A stretch of DNA of 64,000 bases from assembly GCA_963816145.1 (NCBI GenBank), contig CAWFJP010000031.1, forward strand, positions 288,001 through 352,000, written 5' to 3'. The position numbers and the translations under genes are program-made. The notes under the pieces were generated by a model. The model worked only from the letters and a program-made list of their open reading frames with translations, did not search any database and was not told the DNA's origin. Each line of letters begins with the position of its first letter. The first letter of the stretch is position 1. Source of the stretch: an uncultured delta proteobacterium. Lineage in GTDB: Bacteria > Desulfobacterota > Binatia > UBA9968. Below are positions 58,763 to 64,000 of the stretch, in pieces.

Positions 58763-59008
58763 ACAGCGCGCCCGCTGTCTCGACGCGAGAATTCGTCAGT
58801 CTGGTTATTTTGAATCGCGCCCGAAAAAGTCGACGATAGAGCAATTGAAGACTTGGATCCATAAATTGCCGGAATCACATGCCGCAATTGTCGCAATCGC
58901 TAGGTCAAGTGCCGTGAAGTTCGGCGCGACTTTCCGTTGCTGCCTGCTGTTCTGGAATCGGAGTGGGTGCCGGCGGATCATTCATTCTATTTCTCATTTA
59001 TCCAGCCG

Positions 59009-60181
59009 TCAGCCCGCTCGCGCTGCCGCGAATGAATAGGCGTCGTAGCCGTCTTCGTGAATCAACTTAATGACTTCGTCCTTGGCCGGATCGAAGTTGA
59101 CGCCGATGGGGTCGGCGCCGTTTTGCACGGCCTGGATCTGTTCCCGCAATAATTTGCGATACATGACGACGCCGCGGTCGCCTTCGGCGAGATGTTCCTT
59201 GGAGCGGTCAGCCAGGGGGCCTTGGGTCTCCCAGGCCATGTGGTCCTGGCTGGTGAAATTGTCCATGTGGAATTCACCAGCTTGGTCGGTAGTTCCGATA
59301 TACTCTATCGGGGTGTTTTCCGGCTGCGCGACCGCACTGCCATCTTTGCTTGGGCTGAAGCGGAATTGGTAGACCTGTGTATTGGTGTCATCGATGGGTC
59401 TGCGGAAATGCATGGCGTAACCGATGCGTACGGGAACGAATAAAATATTGGGGAATATCAACGGATGCGGCGTTTCGACGGGGGCGTCGTCGCCTTCGAA
59501 GATGCGTTGCTTCTGGATGCCCGCCCATGTTGGATAATTGACGAATTCAAAGTCAAACTTATTGAGCATGCGATAGTGATAGGGCACATGATCGGGGTCG
59601 CCCTTGAGCTTGAGGGTGTGCGAGTGCAGGTAATAAGTGTGCGTTGGGTCGACCGAGTTTTCCATCGCTTGCAGCCAATTGCAGCGCAGCGTTTCGCAGA
59701 TGTCGACTTGCTTGTTACCGTCGTTGCGCACCAACAGATCCCACTTGGGTAGGAGCGGCTTCTTTTCTGGCGGCCCCATATAGGCGAACAGCAGCCCGGC
59801 GAGTTTTTCCACCGGGTAGGCCAGGTGTTGGATCTTGGCCTTAAAACCGGCTTCGGGATTTTCAAATGGCTGATCGACGCAGCGGCCGCAGGCGTCGTAC
59901 TTCCAACCATGGTAAGGACAGCGGATGCCGTCCTTTTCGACGAAGCCGTAGTAGAGTGACACGCCGCGATGGGAGCATTTCTCGGCGACCAGACCGTAAC
60001 CGCCGGAGCGGTCTTTGTACAACACTAGGTCTTCGCCGAGCACGCGTACGCGCTTCTTCGGTTTGGCATCGTCGAGTTCCGCAGCGGCGCCGATTACCTG
60101 CCAGTAGCGCCGCAAGAGTTGTCCAGCGGGAGTGCCGGGACCGATCCGGCAGAAAAAATCGTTGTCATCGGAAGTGAGCAT
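59009..60181 (-). CDS. Rieske non-heme iron oxygenase alpha subunit (phthalate dioxygenase-like)
   Basis: CSHRG...CPYHGW Rieske motif; ENSVDPTH...H; QDH. Confidence 0.93.
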   Translation of the reverse strand: MLTSDDNDFFCRIGPGTPAGQLLRRYWQVIGAAAELDDAKPKKRVRVLGEDLVLYKDRSGGYGLVAEKCSHRGVSLYYGFVEKDGIRCPYHGWKYDACGRCVDQPFENPEAGFKAKIQHLAYPVEKLAGLLFAYMGPPEKKPLLPKWDLLVRNDGNKQVDICETLRCNWLQAMENSVDPTHTYYLHSHTLKLKGDPDHVPYHYRMLNKFDFEFVNYPTWAGIQKQRIFEGDDAPVETPHPLIFPNILFVPVRIGYAMHFRRPIDDTNTQVYQFRFSPSKDGSAVAQPENTPIEYIGTTDQAGEFHMDNFTSQDHMAWETQGPLADRSKEHLAEGDRGVVMYRKLLREQIQAVQNGADPIGVNFDPAKDEVIKLIHEDGYDAYSFAAARAG

Positions 60182-60483
60182 GGCGGTAAACTCCTTATCG
60201 CGATTGAAGCTGTGCCAAGTCGAGCAGCAACAAGATTGTTTCTGACAGTATTAGAAATTTTGCCAAGGTGTCAACTTCGGGGAAGGCGGCGCAGGCAAAC
60301 GGCATTGGGCAATAGCCGAGCGACTCAGAGTCCTCCCCGCCGCATGATTTAGGTTCTGCAGATTGGGCAATGTCTACGTTTTGGGGCAGTGATTTGAATT
60401 CGGAGATTTGCTGCCGAGCCGGAACGGTGGCATCAGCCTTGGAGAAATCACCCGGCGACGGGAACGAGATCCGCGTGCGAGAT

Positions 60484-61593
60484 CTAGCGACGGTTCAGTG
60501 CAATGGTCGTTGCTGGTTTGTCGTTGCCGGTGACATAGGCGTCATGGAAGCCTTCCTTGGCTATCAATGCCGCGCGCAGATTCTCGGCATCCTGGCGCGT
60601 ATCAAAAGTGCCGATACGCAGGCGATGCCAGGTATTTCCATTGATTTCGGCGTCGATGACGAAGGCTTCGTAACCTTTGGCTTTGAGTTTTTGAAGCCAA
60701 TCGTGAGCCAGCGGTTTGTCTGTCGTCGCCATAGCCTGGACGGACCAAGCGTTAGCTGGGGCTTCGCGCTTCGCAGGATGCTCGCTTGCCAAAGTCTGAG
60801 GCTTTGGTGATGCGACGGCCGCAGCAGCGGTCGCTTGTGCTGCGGCGGTATGCGAACCTGTCGGCGAGCTTGTGGTCGCTTCGGTGTTGAGATTGACTGA
60901 GGCTGCCGGTGCGGCGGCGCTGGGCTCAGCGGCAATAACGGTATTATCTGTACTTTCTGTGGCGGTGGGGCTTTCCGCTTGGGCGAGTTGGATCTTTCCG
61001 CTGTCGATTTGCCGTCTCGGCTCGGCGATTGTCGTCGCGTTGCGCATGACGCTGTGGAACCTGTATTTGAGATGAGGCGCTAGCCCGATCAAACCGACGG
61101 CGACGAATATCATCCCGCACAAGGCCCCCGCGAGGCCGAGTCGCTCCGCGTTCAAATGTAATGGCGCTTTTGCTTTGGCCGGCTTGGCCGGGAGCGCCAC
61201 GACTTTATTGCGAGTGGGCTTCTTCTCGCTGGTCACTTCGGCTTTGAAGGCACGCGCTTCGGGAGTGCGCCAGGAGCGATATAGCATGGCGATGCCGATG
61301 GAAGTTTGCGGCGAGCTGATCGGGTTATATTCTTTGATTAGTTCCTGGGTTCTGTTCTCTCGCCGTTCCGGCGGGCAAATCTCGAATGTGAACCCGGTCG
61401 GTTCGAAGCGGCTGAAGCGAAATTTTGTGTGCCGCCGATGATGCAGCAGGGCATCGCGAACATTTGCCGCGTTGCCGATCACGATCTGGTGGCGAAAATT
61501 AAATAGCCCGTAGACGCCCGACACGGTCGGTGCATGCTGGACAATCGAATCTGGTTTGAAGCTGTAGTAGTCGCCGTTATTTCGCCAGGGCAT
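60484..61593 (-). CDS. GIY-YIG-like N-domain, TM, low-complexity linker, SPOR domain
   Basis: APTVSGVYGL...IVIG.AANVR...LIKEYNP; TM LAGALCGMIFVAVGLIGL; WSVQAMA...WHRLRIGTF..RQDAE. Confidence 0.75.
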   Translation of the reverse strand: MPWRNNGDYYSFKPDSIVQHAPTVSGVYGLFNFRHQIVIGNAANVRDALLHHRRHTKFRFSRFEPTGFTFEICPPERRENRTQELIKEYNPISSPQTSIGIAMLYRSWRTPEARAFKAEVTSEKKPTRNKVVALPAKPAKAKAPLHLNAERLGLAGALCGMIFVAVGLIGLAPHLKYRFHSVMRNATTIAEPRRQIDSGKIQLAQAESPTATESTDNTVIAAEPSAAAPAASVNLNTEATTSSPTGSHTAAAQATAAAAVASPKPQTLASEHPAKREAPANAWSVQAMATTDKPLAHDWLQKLKAKGYEAFVIDAEINGNTWHRLRIGTFDTRQDAENLRAALIAKEGFHDAYVTGNDKPATTIALNRR

Positions 61594-61911
61594 GATAAAA
61601 CTCCGTTCTTGTACTCCGCGATCGGCAAAAAAGTTTTCTTCGCGCGGCGCCTGCTGCCATGCGCCGGGACGGATACATCCGAAGATCGCCACAAGATTAT
61701 TAGTATTCAGTGTAATAAAGCAGTTATTGCGATGGCACGCAAGAAAAACGGCTAATTTAGTACACTGCGCACGGCGCAAGTCGTCATAAATTTCTTCGGA
61801 ATGTTGCGTTGACGCACATTGACATACTCTTTTCGGCGGTGTTATGGCTGCATCGAGCTGTTTCGTCGCTGAAAATCGTTGTCGTGAGCGGCACGAAAGG
61901 AGTTAACTGAT

Positions 61912-62931
61912 ATGGCGAACTATAAGATAATCGATGCCGACGGTCATGTGCGCGAGTCGAACGCCGGTATGCGCGAGTTTCTAGAGCCGCGCTGGCAACG
62001 GCGCAATCTTTTCCCCAACGACGAGTGGGATCGCGACTTGCGCGGTAAGCTCGGTCAGAAGCCGGAGGGCCCGAAAGATCAGCTCGCGGCTATGGACGAA
62101 GACGGTATCGACGTCATGGTGATGTATCCAACGGCGGGGCTGCATGTCTCGGCGCTGCACGAAAAGGATTACGCCACCGCTGTGACCCGGGCTTACAACG
62201 ATTGGCTCTACCACTTTTGCAAAGCCGATACGGCACGCTTGAAGTTCGTCGCGCTGCTGGCGCCGCAGGACCCCAAAGCGGCCGGCGAAGAGTTGGCCCG
62301 CGCCGTCAAAGAGCGTGGCGCGGTGGCCGGCGTGTTGCCGACCTATTTGCCGCAGATGCCGGACTTCGGTGACAGCTTTTACGATCCGATTTACGCCGCC
62401 GCCGAGAGTCTCGGCATCGGTCTGGGATTTCACACCGGTACCTCCGCCGATTCGCTGGGCGGACAGCGCTTTCGCAAGTTTCTTTCGGCCCATACCATCG
62501 ATCATCCGGCCGAGCAGATGATGGCGATGATCGCGACGACTGTCGGCGGTGTGTTCGAGCGTTTTCCCAAGCTCAGCATCGCCTATCTCGAGTCGGGCAT
62601 TGGCTGGGTGCCATATATGATGGACCGGCTCGACGAAGAGGTGGAAAAACGCGGCGGCGACGAAGCGCCGTACCTGACAAAGTTGCCGAGCCAGTACGTC
62701 AAGAGCGGCCGCATCTATTTCGGTGTGGAGTGCGAAGAGAAGACGATTCCCGACGCCATGCGCTGGGGCTTGGAAGACACGATCCTCTATTCGTCCGACT
62801 ACCCGCACTGGGACGGCGACTGGCCGCATACCGTGAAAGGCATCCGCAAGCGTACCGATCTGTCTGACGATGTCAAAAAGAAAATGTTGCATGACAACGT
62901 CGCGCGGTTTTACGGCTTGGAAGAGGCGTAG
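61912..62931 (+). CDS. Amidohydrolase_2 family protein
   Basis: IDADGHV, AYNDWL, LESGIGW, YSSDYPHWD; AAGGAG RBS. Confidence 0.92.
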   Translation: MANYKIIDADGHVRESNAGMREFLEPRWQRRNLFPNDEWDRDLRGKLGQKPEGPKDQLAAMDEDGIDVMVMYPTAGLHVSALHEKDYATAVTRAYNDWLYHFCKADTARLKFVALLAPQDPKAAGEELARAVKERGAVAGVLPTYLPQMPDFGDSFYDPIYAAAESLGIGLGFHTGTSADSLGGQRFRKFLSAHTIDHPAEQMMAMIATTVGGVFERFPKLSIAYLESGIGWVPYMMDRLDEEVEKRGGDEAPYLTKLPSQYVKSGRIYFGVECEEKTIPDAMRWGLEDTILYSSDYPHWDGDWPHTVKGIRKRTDLSDDVKKKMLHDNVARFYGLEEA

Positions 62932-62948
62932 TGATACGGGGAGTGGCT

Positions 62949-63024
62949 CACCACGAAGACGCGAAGAGCACGAAGGCCGGAAATTATACGCCCAAGCCTT
63001 CGAGGTCTTCGTGTCTTCGCGGTG
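62949..63024. repeat. REP-like imperfect inverted repeat with 9-bp internal periodicity
   Basis: CACCACGAAGACGCGAAGAGCACGAAGG versus CCTTCGAGGTCTTCGTGTCTTCGCGGTG (24/28 complementary). Confidence 0.7.
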
Positions 63025-63097
63025 TGATAGGATTGGTATAATCGGTAGTAAACCACGCCGGAATTAACAGTTTCCAGCAAATCTAGGAATCCATCTC

Positions 63098-63865
63098 ATG
63101 GCTAGGCTCAGACATATTGCGTTCATCTCTCCCGACCCGAAGCTGCTCAGCGACTTTTACCAGAAACATTTCGGCTTCGAAGAGATCAAAGTTTTTCCCA
63201 GCACCTCGCGCATGGTGATCGACGGGCTGTTCAATTTAGCGTTCCTCAAGCGGCGCGACAAAGATTCCGAAGTCGTCGGCACGCACCGCACCGACGGCGC
63301 CGAGCTTGAGCGCGAGCCGGGCCTGCATCACTACGGATTTTTGGTCGACGACTTGCAGCGGGCGGTTGCCAAGCTGCCGGCGGCGTTGACGCGGTGCGTG
63401 AGCCCGCAAGTATCCGACGGCGTCGGCGGCCCGGAGGGCGCGCGACCGGCGGAGATGCGCTTCGTCGATCCTTGGGGCAACAATGTCGATCTGTCGTCGC
63501 GCGGCTTTCTCGGCAGGGAAGAGAAGAAACTTCCCGCGGTTCGGCTGGCGGTTGTGTCGGTGCCGGACCCTGATGCTGCGATGGATTTCTATCAATCGCA
63601 GTTCGAGCTTGAATTGCTTGGGCGCGGCAGCGACGGCTCGATTCGCTTGAGCGACGGCACCGTCACTATATTGCTAACCAAGGATCAGTTCCGCGCCAAG
63701 CGCGGCCTTCAATGCTTCGGCATCGAAACGGCCGACCTCACGGCGTTGAAAGAGTCGCTGCATGGCGCCGGCGTGCCGACGATTGAGTCTTCCTTGGGCC
63801 AGCTCCAATTCAAAGACCCCGAAGGTAATCTCGTAATCGTTTCCGAGCGCGGCTGGGCGAACTAG
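63098..63865 (+). CDS. Two-domain VOC/glyoxalase-family protein
   Basis: LRHIAF, GLHHYGFLVDD, FVDPWGN, FKDPEGN. Confidence 0.88.
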   Translation: MARLRHIAFISPDPKLLSDFYQKHFGFEEIKVFPSTSRMVIDGLFNLAFLKRRDKDSEVVGTHRTDGAELEREPGLHHYGFLVDDLQRAVAKLPAALTRCVSPQVSDGVGGPEGARPAEMRFVDPWGNNVDLSSRGFLGREEKKLPAVRLAVVSVPDPDAAMDFYQSQFELELLGRGSDGSIRLSDGTVTILLTKDQFRAKRGLQCFGIETADLTALKESLHGAGVPTIESSLGQLQFKDPEGNLVIVSERGWAN

Positions 63866-63886
63866 GGCGTCAAAAAGGGAGGCCTT

Positions 63887-64000
63887 GTGATCGTCGTCTC
63901 GAACCGAATCCAAGTGGCCAAGGGGCACGAAGCTGATTTTGAAAAGCGTTTCGAAGGACGCGCTCGGCTGGTCGAGAACATGCCGGGGTTCATCCGCCTG
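63887..64000 (+). CDS. ABM/IsdG-like monooxygenase (partial, runs off the window)
   Basis: GTG start with GGAGG RBS; MIVVSNRIQVAKGHEADFEKRF...MPGF. Confidence 0.75.
   Translation, partial: MIVVSNRIQVAKGHEADFEKRFEGRARLVENMPGFIRL

Noticed and set aside
60239-60257. Palindrome TTTCTGACAGTATTAGAAA upstream of the Rieske gene as a motif-2 member
   Set aside because: Shares AGTATTAGA but has different symmetry. It may be an operator of an unrelated regulator; a single copy cannot support a call.
1-64000. Long alternative-frame ORFs overlapping ftsH, lon, the mutases and the amidohydrolases; tRNA/rRNA genes
   Set aside because: The overlapping ORFs are expected GC-rich shadows of well-supported genes. 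No cloverleaf or rRNA-like sequence was recognised.

Overview
Bacterial chromosomal window, moderately GC-rich. The gene content (SsuA/NMT1-type binding protein, several amidohydrolases, a Rieske oxygenase) is reminiscent of Binatota/Deltaproteobacteria; this is inference only. Positions ~1-45 kb form a patchwork general-stress island: FtsH, Hsp20-Lon, Mn-SOD, two CsbD proteins, entericidin, BON, YtxH, dodecin, VIT1, DUF3309/lmo0937/DUF3185-like microproteins, an MlaEFD-PqiC transporter, GT4 enzymes and many deletion remnants. The main signal is in the intergenic DNA, where two dispersed motif families recur with near-fixed spacing. (1) Seven copies of a tandem dyad TCGAC-N6-GTCGA-N5-TCGAC-N6-(GTCGA) lie 72(+/-1) bp upstream of a sigma54 -24/-12 element. 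(2) Ten copies of a CRP-geometry dyad YGTCY-N6-RGACA, most 21 bp upstream of a -10-like hexamer (class II position, centre -41.5). The window also encodes candidate cognate regulators: a histidine kinase plus NtrC-family enhancer-binding protein, and two near-identical CRP/FNR paralogs with an atypical TRPRIS recognition helix. One paralog sits downstream of a sigma54 module, which suggests a two-tier kinase -> bEBP/sigma54 -> CRP-like stress cascade (inference). The right part has pgm, an aldo-keto reductase, an IS1182-family element inserted at CTAG in a GT87 gene, decayed caspase/GH19 and ynbC/ynbD remnants, aromatic-catabolism-type genes and an unusual GIY-YIG-like/TM/SPOR protein. No rRNA, tRNA or CRISPR array was seen.
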